From an uncultured Cellvibrionaceae bacterium (GTDB taxonomy: Bacteria > Pseudomonadota > Gammaproteobacteria > Pseudomonadales > Cellvibrionaceae): 37,026 nucleotides of DNA. The stretch's first letter is position 1. Each line of letters starts with the position of its first letter. Both the position numbers and the translations under genes were made by a program. Below the pieces are notes generated by a model. It searched no databases. It saw nothing but the letters and a program-made list of their open reading frames with translations, and had not been told where the DNA came from. The stretch spans positions 1 to 37,026 of the forward strand of contig CAYZQH010000001.1 of the NCBI GenBank assembly GCA_964480055.1, given 5' to 3'. Positions 10,401-18,468 of the stretch are shown here, in pieces.

Positions 10401-10426
10401 AAAAAGGCCAGGAGGGTCCTGGCCTT
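10401..10426 (-). terminator. Intrinsic terminator/attenuator between ftsH and folP
   Basis: The minus strand reads AAGGCCAGGA-CCC-TCCTGGCCTT followed by TTTTCATTTG. That is a 10 bp GC-rich stem (10404-10413 / 10417-10426) with a U tract. Confidence 0.6.
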
Positions 10427-10445
10427 AGCGGGTTAATAACTTGGG

Positions 10446-12341
10446 TTACACTTCTTTTGCGGGGCCACCCACACTACTGTGATCTGCAGAATCATCGCTT
10501 GATGGAGTACCACCACTAAAACCCGACTCGCCCCAATCTTTCGGCGGGCGAACCTTACGGCGCTTCATTAAATCTTCCACCTGCTCAGAATCGATGGTTT
10601 CATACTCCATCAAGGCTTCCATCATTGACTCTAAAACATCCGCATAGTCGTCCAATAACTTTTCGGCACGCGCGTAACACTGATCCGTAATGGCGCGCAC
10701 TTCCTCATCAATGAGTTTTTCTGTGTGGCCAGAGATTTTCTTGCTTCCAAAAGACTCTTCGTCCTTGGCGTCGTAATCCAAGGGGCCAAGCTTTTCAGAC
10801 AAGCCGTAATTCACCACCATCGCTCGCGCTACGGCCGTTGCCATTTTAATATCTTGGTAAGCACCCGTACTGACACCGTCGGCACCGTACTTCATTTCTT
10901 CGGCAATACGTCCACCGTAGGCCGTTGCAATATCTCCCAATAGCTTGCGACGGCTTTCACTGATCTTGTCGCCTTCGGGCAAAAATTGAGTCACACCCAG
11001 CGCACGCCCTCGGGGGATGATGGTGACCTTATGAATGGGGTCATGCTCGTCCGACAAGTACCCCACAATGGCATGACCGGCTTCGTGGTAGGCCGTGCTC
11101 TCTTTTTCCTTCTCTGACATCACTAAGCTGCGACGCTCGGTGCCCATCAAGATTTTATCGCGCGCTTTTTCGAACTCTTCGCCCGTCACAACGCGTTTAT
11201 TGGCTCGCGCCGCCAATAGTGCGGCCTCATTCACAAGGTTGGCCAAATCCGCTCCGGAAAACCCTGGGGTACCGCGGGCAATCAGCCTAGCTTCCACACG
11301 CTCATCCAGTGGCACTTTACGCATATGCACTTTTAATATTTGCTCGCGCCCACGAACATCCGGCAACCCCACATTAACCTGGCGATCAAAACGACCTGGG
11401 CGCAACAAGGCTTTATCTAACACATCTGGGCGGTTGGTAGCGGCAATAACAATAATACCTTCGTTACCTTCAAAGCCATCCATCTCAACCAACAGTTGGT
11501 TCAGGGTTTGCTCACGCTCATCGTTACCACCGCCATGACCGCCACCACGATGACGACCCACTGCGTCAATTTCATCAATAAAAATAATGCACGGCGCTTG
11601 CTTTTTGGCTTGATCAAACATATCGCGAACGCGCGAGGCGCCCACGCCCACAAACATCTCCACAAAGTCTGACCCAGAAATAGAGAAGAACGGCACCTTT
11701 GCTTCACCGGCAATGGCTTTTGCCAACAGGGTTTTACCCGTACCTGGGGGGCCTGACATTAAAACACCACGAGGAATTTTGCCGCCAAGGCGCTGAAAGC
11801 GCGACGGGTCTTTTAGGTATTCGACCAGCTCTTGAACCTCTTCTTTGGCTTCATCGACACCGGCCACATCGGCAAATGTGGTCTTGACTTGATCCTCTCC
11901 CAGTAACCGTGCTTTGCTTTTCCCAAAGCTCATGGGGCCACCGCGACCGCCGGACCCACCTTGCATTTGGCGCATAAAAAACACAAAAACCGCTATAAAT
12001 AAGAGAATTGGAAAGCTCGCAACCAAAAGTTGTTCCCACAAGCTTGGGGAGCGAGGCTCCACACCACGAATCTCTACATCGTGCGCCAATAGGTCATCCA
12101 CAAGCTTTGGGTCCCACAGCTGCGGGCGCACTACCACAAACAGGGAGTTGTCGTTGCGTGTTCCACGAATCACCGAGTCCTCAATGATAACCTGGCGCAC
12201 TTCGTCATTTTTCACAGAGACCACAAACTGCGAATAGGTCATTTCATTGGGCTGAGTGTGCTCCTTGAAGTTTTGGAACACTGTAAAAAGCACTGCAGCA
12301 ATCACCAGCCACAGCACCAAATTTTTTGCCATGTCGTTCAA
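10446..12341 (-). CDS. ftsH: ATP-dependent zinc metalloprotease FtsH
   Basis: Walker A GPPGTGKT, second region of homology, and Zn motif HEAGHAI. The N-terminus (M)[14 protein letters not shown] matches FtsH. Start is either TTG 12341 (good AGGAGAGG spacing) or ATG 12332. Confidence 0.95.
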   Translation of the reverse strand: MNDMAKNLVLWLVIAAVLFTVFQNFKEHTQPNEMTYSQFVVSVKNDEVRQVIIEDSVIRGTRNDNSLFVVVRPQLWDPKLVDDLLAHDVEIRGVEPRSPSLWEQLLVASFPILLFIAVFVFFMRQMQGGSGGRGGPMSFGKSKARLLGEDQVKTTFADVAGVDEAKEEVQELVEYLKDPSRFQRLGGKIPRGVLMSGPPGTGKTLLAKAIAGEAKVPFFSISGSDFVEMFVGVGASRVRDMFDQAKKQAPCIIFIDEIDAVGRHRGGGHGGGNDEREQTLNQLLVEMDGFEGNEGIIVIAATNRPDVLDKALLRPGRFDRQVNVGLPDVRGREQILKVHMRKVPLDERVEARLIARGTPGFSGADLANLVNEAALLAARANKRVVTGEEFEKARDKILMGTERRSLVMSEKEKESTAYHEAGHAIVGYLSDEHDPIHKVTIIPRGRALGVTQFLPEGDKISESRRKLLGDIATAYGGRIAEEMKYGADGVSTGAYQDIKMATAVARAMVVNYGLSEKLGPLDYDAKDEESFGSKKISGHTEKLIDEEVRAITDQCYARAEKLLDDYADVLESMMEALMEYETIDSEQVEDLMKRRKVRPPKDWGESGFSGGTPSSDDSADHSSVGGPAKEV

Positions 12342-12442
12342 GACACCTCTCCTTTACATCGTCATGCCCTAAGGGCTTATCAATCAGTATAGCCGGGCAG
12401 AAATTACCAACAAAAATGCTGAATGCTTATGCAGCGCCTAGC

Positions 12443-13066
12443 CTATGCATCTAAGAATTCTTTAGCAACCATATAAACTTCGCGTGAACGCGCCCGGGAC
12501 GCATCGGGCTTACGCGTGACCGTTTTCTTAAACACAGACTTGCACTGACGCATCCACGGATCAAACCCTTCACCGTGAAATACCTTACAAACAAAGGTTC
12601 CGCCAGGCTTTAAGGTATGTTGCGCCATATCTAAGGCCAGCTCTACAAGCTCCATGGCCCGCGGCTGATCTACATCAGTGATACCACTCATATTGGGGGC
12701 CATATCAGAAATTACAACGTCTGCCTTATCTTCCCCCAGCCACGTGAGCAACTGCTCGAACACCGCTTGCTCAGTAAAATCGCCTTCAATGAAGTCCACA
12801 CCGGCAATTGCGTCCATGGCCAATATATCAGAGGCCAAAACGCGCCCTTTGTGGCCCACGCAGTCGGCAACCACTTGAGACCACCCGCCAGGCGCGGCAC
12901 CAAGGTCCACCACTGTCATGCCTGGACGAATGAATTTATCTCGGTCGTTCAACTCAATGAGCTTATAGCTGGCGCGCGAGCGATAACCGTCCTTTTGAGA
13001 CTGCTTGACGTACTTATCGCTAAAATGCTCTTGCAGCCAACGGCCACTACTTTTGGAGCGAGACAT
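12443..13066 (-). CDS. rlmE: 23S rRNA (uridine2552-2'-O)-methyltransferase
   Basis: [20 protein letters not shown] resembles the E. coli RlmE N-terminus. SAM motif [12 protein letters not shown] chose the ATG at 13066; the longer ORF begins with GTG at 13108. Confidence 0.92.
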   Translation of the reverse strand: MSRSKSSGRWLQEHFSDKYVKQSQKDGYRSRASYKLIELNDRDKFIRPGMTVVDLGAAPGGWSQVVADCVGHKGRVLASDILAMDAIAGVDFIEGDFTEQAVFEQLLTWLGEDKADVVISDMAPNMSGITDVDQPRAMELVELALDMAQHTLKPGGTFVCKVFHGEGFDPWMRQCKSVFKKTVTRKPDASRARSREVYMVAKEFLDA

Positions 13067-13135
13067 AAATGAGTAAAACCGCGGACGAAAAAGGCGATAC
13101 AATAGCACTATTACTCAGCAATCAGAACACATCTT

Positions 13136-13444
13136 ATGCCTCAAGCCGCTTTAGACAACACCACAAAAAAACACTTCCGCTCCATTGGTCACAGTTTAAA
13201 ACCCATAGTCACCATTGCTGGCAACGGCTTATCTGAAGGCGTTATGACCGAATTGGAGCGCGCCCTTGAGGACCACGAGCTACTTAAGGTCAAATTGATG
13301 ATAGAAGACCGGGATGACCGCAAAGCCCTAACAGAATCGCTATGCCAGCAAACAGGGGCAACCTTGGTGCAAACCATCGGCAAAATAGCGCTCATACATC
13401 GCACCGCAAAAAAGCCAGATCCAGCAAAATCGAATGCGCGATAA
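13136..13444 (+). CDS. yhbY: YhbY-family CRM-domain RNA-binding protein
   Basis: 102 aa. GHSLKPIVTIAGNGLSEGVMTELERALEDHELLKVK is the typical CRM/YhbY core. Divergent from rlmE, as in E. coli. Confidence 0.85.
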   Translation: MPQAALDNTTKKHFRSIGHSLKPIVTIAGNGLSEGVMTELERALEDHELLKVKLMIEDRDDRKALTESLCQQTGATLVQTIGKIALIHRTAKKPDPAKSNAR

Positions 13445-13485
13445 AACCGATCATCCACCTTCTTAAATCACCACCAAAGCCCTTT

Positions 13486-14334
13486 ATGCTCTATCAATGG
13501 CGCTTACTGAACATACGCCTGCACCTCCTGCAGGCACTCGGCGCTGTGTGCCTAATCGCCTGCACCCCCAGCCCGCCCACACCCGAAACATACCTCACTG
13601 CATCTCAAGTGGTGAACCAACACATTCTCCCGACCATAAACTACCTGAACGAGAGCGCTGCCTCATTAGATTCTGCCACGGAGCGTTTCTGCCATAACCC
13701 TGGTAACACCGGGGAGCTGCACACCATTCAAAGCGCATGGATGAACACTTACCTCTCTTGGCGCAAAGCGCGCCCACTTAGGCGCATATCTTCTGGACAA
13801 CAGCCTTCAACCAAGTTTATCACCACACTTCTATCCATTAGACGCCTTGCTTTTCACCCCTCTGCCAACACTTTTTTTACCGCACCAGAGCCCTGCCAAG
13901 AACTTAAGAGTCACATACAAAGCCTGATTCAACTGGCCAAAAACTGGGCCTGGGCCTGGGATACCCGTGGTGAAAATTTTGCAGGAAAATACCTAAGCAC
14001 GCCCACTGCTTACAAAACCCTGTTGGCGCCAACCTTAATTCAGAGCCTTAAACAGCTAACAGAACCCAATAAGCACCCGGGGCTTCCCGACTCTATTGTT
14101 GAGCAGGGCCACCTAACTGAGGCGAGCTTTAGTTACACGCTTTTTGCAACAGGGGTTGCCCCACTGCTGACAGACGCGCAACAAGCCAGCAAGGCTCACC
14201 ATAACTTTCAAAAGTTGCTTCACGCAATGAAGTATCACGCGCAAATTAATCAACACAAAGAAGTTGACCAGCTGATCAATACACTTACTCAGCAAATTTC
14301 TAGCATCGTGCACGAAACCAAGCAAAACCCATAG
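13486..14334 (+). CDS. Putative lipoprotein, imelysin-like (weak assignment); possibly carries a compensated frameshift
   Basis: ATG at 13486 gives a signal peptide with lipobox CLIAC. The N-terminal segment VVNQHILPTINYLNESAASLDSATERFCHNP...LHTIQSAWMNTYLSW resembles the imelysin/Peptidase_M75-like fold pattern from memory. Residues encoded at about 13780-13880 look off-frame (see findings). Confidence 0.45.
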   Translation: MLYQWRLLNIRLHLLQALGAVCLIACTPSPPTPETYLTASQVVNQHILPTINYLNESAASLDSATERFCHNPGNTGELHTIQSAWMNTYLSWRKARPLRRISSGQQPSTKFITTLLSIRRLAFHPSANTFFTAPEPCQELKSHIQSLIQLAKNWAWAWDTRGENFAGKYLSTPTAYKTLLAPTLIQSLKQLTEPNKHPGLPDSIVEQGHLTEASFSYTLFATGVAPLLTDAQQASKAHHNFQKLLHAMKYHAQINQHKEVDQLINTLTQQISSIVHETKQNP

Positions 14335-14425
14335 CATCCGCTCAAATCCAATGCTAGCGTTACTGCATCGGCTCTACTCTTGCCCGAACCATAAAAAATT
14401 TACACTCAGAAATTAGGAGACCCAA

Positions 14426-14833
14426 ATGATCAAGCAAACCATTTTTGCTGCGCTACTTATTGCTTCACCGCTGGCACTTGCCTGCTCTGGAGAAAAGTCG
14501 CAACACAAACACAAAGCCACCCCGTGCGCAGAAGGGCTCTGCCCCCACGCAAAAACATCTTGGTCTGCCACCCTGAAACTTGACGGAGATAAGGCCAAAC
14601 AAATAGACGCCTTACAAGAAAGCTATGCAAAAAAAAGAGCCGCCTTAAAAGAGCAACACCAGCAAGCATGGAAGACACTCAAAGAAGAAAAGAGAAAGAC
14701 ACTGTCTAACGTATTGAGTAAGGATGAGCTTGCCCAATTAACGTCTCACAAAAACTCCAAATGTAATCATCACAAAAAGGCGCAAGAAAAAAAGTGTGAC
14801 GGCCACAAAAAGGGTAACGTACTCACAGATTAA
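14426..14833 (+). CDS. Secreted His/Cys-rich Spy/CpxP/ZraP-like periplasmic protein
   Basis: AGGAGA Shine-Dalgarno 6 nt upstream. Signal peptide MIKQTIFAALLIASPLALA. Two degenerate LTxxQ-type helices (LKLDGDKAKQIDAL, LSKDELAQL). His/Cys clusters at both ends (HKHKATPCAEGLCPH, KCNHHKK..KCDGHKK). Confidence 0.55.
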   Translation: MIKQTIFAALLIASPLALACSGEKSQHKHKATPCAEGLCPHAKTSWSATLKLDGDKAKQIDALQESYAKKRAALKEQHQQAWKTLKEEKRKTLSNVLSKDELAQLTSHKNSKCNHHKKAQEKKCDGHKKGNVLTD

Positions 14834-14856
14834 TATTCCGCACACCCATAAACTAA

Positions 14857-14998
14857 AGGGCACCTCTAAAAATGCACTTTTTGTTCGATTGCTGCGTCAG
14901 TTCCGTCCTCAAATCCTCATTTACTGCACGTAAACTGCGGTTCTGTGGGCGGTACATTCTTGCACTCAAACAAAAATTACTATTTTTAGAGGCGCCCT
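14857..14998. repeat. 142 bp inverted-repeat element (long imperfect hairpin, MITE- or REP-like)
   Basis: AGGGCACCTCTAAAAAT (14857-14873) pairs with ATTTTTAGAGGCGCCCT (14982-14998), 16 of 17 positions. An inner arm TTTTTGTT (14878-14885) pairs with AACAAAAA (14969-14976). Confidence 0.6.
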
Positions 14999-15006
14999 AA
15001 AGATAC

Positions 15007-15029
15007 AAAAAAAGCCCGCTAGCGGGCTT
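15007..15029 (-). terminator. Rho-independent terminator, canonical on the minus strand and weaker on the plus strand
   Basis: AAGCCCG-CTAG-CGGGCTT forms a 7 bp stem at 15012-15018 / 15023-15029. The A7 run at 15007-15013 gives a U tract (5 U beyond the 2 stem-paired U) directly after the stem on the minus-strand transcript. On the plus strand the stem is followed by AAACTGTTTTGG. Confidence 0.7.
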
Positions 15030-15714
15030 AAACTGTTTTGGAAACCCAAAACGGAGACTTAACTGGTTTCACTCCGGCATGCAAACCATGAGAGACCTGC
15101 TCTAATTTACAGCCCACCTCATTGCCAGATTATTATTTGTGTAATCATACCTACTAAAAGTTAAAGACCCACCGAAAGACTTAACAGCAACATCACCAAC
15201 GCTTACAGGTGAATTGCTTGCCCCAACGGCACTGCGCCATTGGTTGGCCAAACGTAAAATCGATAACCGCGGCTTGTACGTAATTTGCTGAGGCGACTAG
15301 CGCCCAACGCCTTAGACATTTTTTATGGTTTTATTTTTCGCTAAAAGCTGCCCAGAGAATGTCCTTGTTGATATTATTGTTTTGCTTTGTATCCATACTA
15401 AACTGGCTGCTCAACCTTAAATAGCAAAATATATACCAAAAAAACTAATAACCTCTAGGCCCCAGCTTTACAGGCTATGCCAATAAAAAGGCCGCGCCAT
15501 TACCACCAAACTGTAAATGGTTCCGACACATTTCGCGCGTTTCAGCTCTATGGGCCCGAGAGCCGATGGCAAACCAGCTGCCGCTTGCAATACAGTGCAC
15601 ATTTTAATCACTTTGAGCATTGCCACAGCAGTATTAAATGCGATAATGGGTTGTCCATTCATTCGCCACCCACGTAATGCGACATACAATAAGTAAAATA
15701 AGCGACTTACAATT

Positions 15715-16788
15715 ATGAAACCAGCTCAATTGAAACCTCTGATCAAGGCTTCGCTTTTGGCCATCAGTCTCTCTGCGACGGTATTAAGTACACCCGCTCT
15801 GAGCCAGACCAATAGCAAGATCGAAAAATACGAACTTAAGGAAAAGCACGCTGAGCGCGAGTTGGACTTCACCAAAGAGAAATTAAGCGAAGCACGGCGA
15901 AAACTCAAAAGCGCAGAAAAAGAACTGACCGCGCAGAAGAAACAAGTCAAAGCGATGCAGCAACAGGCACAGAACAACCCCAGCAACACCACCTTAGAGC
16001 TGCTCAAAAATGAACAGCAACGTTTGGCTGTGGCTGAGCTATCTATCAAATCTCAGGTCTCTTCCTATGAGCGCCTAAAAAGAAAGCAGGGCGAACTGCA
16101 AAAAGAAATTAAAGCAAGCCGCAAAGCCGTAGTCGACCTCAAAGCGGCACACAAAAAAGCTCAAGCTAGCGCAAAACGTGAGGCCGCGCAAAAAGCTAAA
16201 AAATCTGCAGATACCATACGTTACTTCGCCAAAGAAAATCGCGAGCTCAAATCCGCCCTGGCCAGTGAGCAACGCCGCTTGGCCAATGCCGAATTACGCA
16301 TTGAAGAATTGGTGAAATCTATCGACGGGTATCAGGCACAAATTGAAATACTAAAAGCCGAAATCGCCGCCCTTTCTACTCCGCCACCTGTACCCGCTGA
16401 GGCACTACTCGAGCCTCAAGCTCAAACCCAGGTTGAATCCGAAACAGAGAACCCTACTATGGATTTAAGCACTGTGGTTTTGGACGGGGAAACGCCCATT
16501 TACCAAGGTGAAGATGGCGAACGTATCATTGTAAGAAGCCATAGCATTGATAAAAAAGTGGTTATGACCCAAATCGGTGAGCACTTGTACCAAGCAGATA
16601 TTAAAGTAGATGGCGGGCGAGCTTATTTTGATTTGCGCCGAAAACGTTATCGCGGCACCTTCCCCAAAGGGTTTAATGGCGAATACCGATTCATCTACGA
16701 TTTATCTAACCAAGATAAACCCGTACTTTCTGTACAGCACGCGCCTTCAGACACGCAAATGGTGAGCATGCCTGGTAACGATTTTTAG
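15715..16788 (+). CDS. Secreted coiled-coil protein with an uncharacterised C-terminal globular domain
   Basis: Signal peptide ending PALS-Q. About 220 aa of Lys/Glu/Gln/Ala-rich heptad-like sequence follows, then a Pro-rich linker STPPPVPAE and a roughly 110 aa beta-type domain. I recognise no family. Confidence 0.6.
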   Translation: MKPAQLKPLIKASLLAISLSATVLSTPALSQTNSKIEKYELKEKHAERELDFTKEKLSEARRKLKSAEKELTAQKKQVKAMQQQAQNNPSNTTLELLKNEQQRLAVAELSIKSQVSSYERLKRKQGELQKEIKASRKAVVDLKAAHKKAQASAKREAAQKAKKSADTIRYFAKENRELKSALASEQRRLANAELRIEELVKSIDGYQAQIEILKAEIAALSTPPPVPAEALLEPQAQTQVESETENPTMDLSTVVLDGETPIYQGEDGERIIVRSHSIDKKVVMTQIGEHLYQADIKVDGGRAYFDLRRKRYRGTFPKGFNGEYRFIYDLSNQDKPVLSVQHAPSDTQMVSMPGNDF

Positions 16789-17900
16789 GTTGGTGGGATT
16801 TTTTCAACCAGCGCCTTAAATGCCCGCTCGTACAGAGGCCTTACATTAGCCCAAGCGCATTGATCAACGCTTGGCGCTTTGGGCAGCCGCTGCTGCTGCC
16901 ACTGGTCGTAGCGCTTGGTCAGCATTGCTGACAAGGCGCTCGCCTCATCGGTACCGTAATACTGAAACGCCTCTGGAAACAGCTCTAAATAAGCCAAGCG
17001 CTTTGGCACCACAGGAATACAGCCTGCGGCCACCGCCTCCAATATAGCAATACCTTGAAAATCATGCGCTGCCGTAGACACAACCACATGCGCCGCGCCA
17101 AGCAATTGCTCATACTTATTCATGCTTGTTTCATAACCCCACGCGCCCAACCAGCCCCTAGTGGTCAACAATTGATGTAGCCGACTGAATACTTCAGGTT
17201 GCTGGCGAAACTGCTGCCCAACCACATTCACCCTCCAGGGTAAGCCCTCCGGTAAACGCTCTAGTGCTTCATATAACAATTCTGGGCCTTTATCGTATTC
17301 CCAGCGATGATTCCAGAGCACGGTAAAAACCTCCGCTTTGTGCTCTAGCCCCATTGCCTGTTTTACAGGAACCGGGATCACCGAAGCGCGGCGTGCTAAT
17401 GTGGACAACACATTTCTCGGCACACAATCGGGGAATTTCCGTAATAAATCTTTGACCCCAGTTAAAAAAGTATCGCGATTAAATTGGCTATTAAACACAA
17501 TGCTATTGGCGGCCAAAGCGCTGTACAAAGACGTTAATTGCGGCTCAAGGCTATTAAATTGATTTTGACTAGAAGGATACTGAAATTGATTTTCGTGGAA
17601 ATAAAGCAATGCGGGCTTATCGCAAAGCGCAGGGAATAACCCCCGCACAGTGGCTAAGTCCACCATAGAGGTAGCAACAATCGCATCATGGGGTTGCGCC
17701 ATGGCTGGTTCATTCAACCAACTAAGTCCATTACCTCGCACACGCCAGCTGAAATAACGCGCAGGCAAAGTGCGCACTGTCCAGTCAAACTCAGGCAGAC
17801 CCTGTATCAACGCGTCACACCAATAAGCGTGACTGTGTGCGTGATAGGCAGACAATAATAAAATTTTCACAAAATGCGAATAGACACTGTCAAAAACCAC
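16785..17900 (-). CDS. DUF3524 + GT4-type glycosyltransferase (tRNA-queuosine alpha-mannosyltransferase-like)
   Basis: The N-terminal KILLLSAYHAHSHAYWCDAL...LPARYFSWRVRGN matches the DUF3524 pattern. The C-terminal GT-B motif is FQGIAILEAVAAGCIPVVP. Start is uncertain: GTG at 17900, or GTG at 17870 giving VKILLLSAYH. Confidence 0.8.
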   Translation of the reverse strand: MVFDSVYSHFVKILLLSAYHAHSHAYWCDALIQGLPEFDWTVRTLPARYFSWRVRGNGLSWLNEPAMAQPHDAIVATSMVDLATVRGLFPALCDKPALLYFHENQFQYPSSQNQFNSLEPQLTSLYSALAANSIVFNSQFNRDTFLTGVKDLLRKFPDCVPRNVLSTLARRASVIPVPVKQAMGLEHKAEVFTVLWNHRWEYDKGPELLYEALERLPEGLPWRVNVVGQQFRQQPEVFSRLHQLLTTRGWLGAWGYETSMNKYEQLLGAAHVVVSTAAHDFQGIAILEAVAAGCIPVVPKRLAYLELFPEAFQYYGTDEASALSAMLTKRYDQWQQQRLPKAPSVDQCAWANVRPLYERAFKALVEKIPPT

Positions 17901-17976
17901 TCGACCCTATCAATAAAGGCGCACACTGTATTAACGCCTTGCGAATTACCTCTGCATAACTTCGGCAAACAGGGCT

Positions 17977-18459
17977 TTAATCTCTAAAATTATTAAATTG
18001 TAGTGGCTGGCCAAAATCTTCTCGTTTTAACAGGGCGATCACCCCTTGAAGATCATCTCGCTTTTTTCCTGTCACACGAATTTGCTCACCTTGAATAGAC
18101 GCTTGTACCTTAGCCTTACTCTCTTTGATGTGTTTGACAATTGTCTTCGCCAAAGTGCTGTCAATTCCCTCTTTAAATGTCACTGTCTGAAGAACACATT
18201 TACCTGAAGGCTCTACATCACCAGGCTCCATGGTGGTGATATCTATCTCTCGTTTAACCAGCTTATTACGCAAAATGTCAATCATTTGCTGAAGCTGGAA
18301 ATCCACTTCTGCGCTGAGTTTGGCGGTTTTTTCGACCCACTCAAATGCGGCTTCCACCCCACGAAAATCAAACCGCGTGTCCAGCTCTCTTTGCGCGTTT
18401 TCCACTGCGTTGCGCGCCTGTTCAATATTAATTTCAGATACCACGTCGAACGATGGCAT
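17977..18459 (-). CDS. yajQ: YajQ-family (UPF0234) nucleotide / cyclic-di-GMP-binding protein
   Basis: 160 aa. [34 protein letters not shown] is the near-invariant YajQ N-terminus. The start lies 9 nt after the upstream Omp85 stop, with a GGGGGA Shine-Dalgarno. Confidence 0.9.
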   Translation of the reverse strand: MPSFDVVSEINIEQARNAVENAQRELDTRFDFRGVEAAFEWVEKTAKLSAEVDFQLQQMIDILRNKLVKREIDITTMEPGDVEPSGKCVLQTVTFKEGIDSTLAKTIVKHIKESKAKVQASIQGEQIRVTGKKRDDLQGVIALLKREDFGQPLQFNNFRD

Positions 18460-18468
18460 AAATTCCCC

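Noticed and set aside
11095-11538. A 147 aa plus-strand ORF inside ftsH. Similar antisense or out-of-frame ORFs occur elsewhere (for example 901-1098, 1439-1783, 2491-2799, 4195-4518, 5185-5559, 7331-7618, 8404-8694, 9930-10280, 11914-12237, 12767-13072, 22604-22960, 25287-25568, 26523-26780, 27401-27673, 32212-32634, 34017-34322, 35196-35465).
   Set aside because: All lie entirely within strongly supported genes on the other strand or in another frame. Their compositions are typical of antisense translation (Arg/Ser/Pro/Cys-rich). They have no Shine-Dalgarno and no recognisable motifs.
13067-13135. I looked for the heat-shock sigma-32 promoter known upstream of rlmE-ftsH in E. coli.
   Set aside because: There is no convincing CTTGAAA / CCCCATNT pair in the 69 bp divergent rlmE-yhbY spacer, so no promoter call was made.
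13342-13485. An upstream extension of the imelysin-like ORF that overlaps the 3' end of yhbY.
   Set aside because: The extension is basic and low-complexity, and it overlaps a well-supported gene. The internal ATG at 13486 yields a canonical lipoprotein signal peptide.
15568-15575. A GGCAAACC string reminiscent of the c-di-GMP-I (GEMM) riboswitch core, upstream of the coiled-coil gene.
   Set aside because: The flanking sequence lacks the paired CGCAAAGC element and the GNRA tetraloop/receptor architecture. This is an isolated octamer match only.
15468-15689. Mutually antisense ORFs of 73 aa (minus, TTG start) and 66 aa (plus, 15477-15677) in the long gap.
   Set aside because: They overlap each other almost completely. 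Both lack convincing start contexts, and their sequences are not protein-like (the plus-frame one is rich in His/Cys/Arg). I kept the region only as unexplained non-coding sequence.
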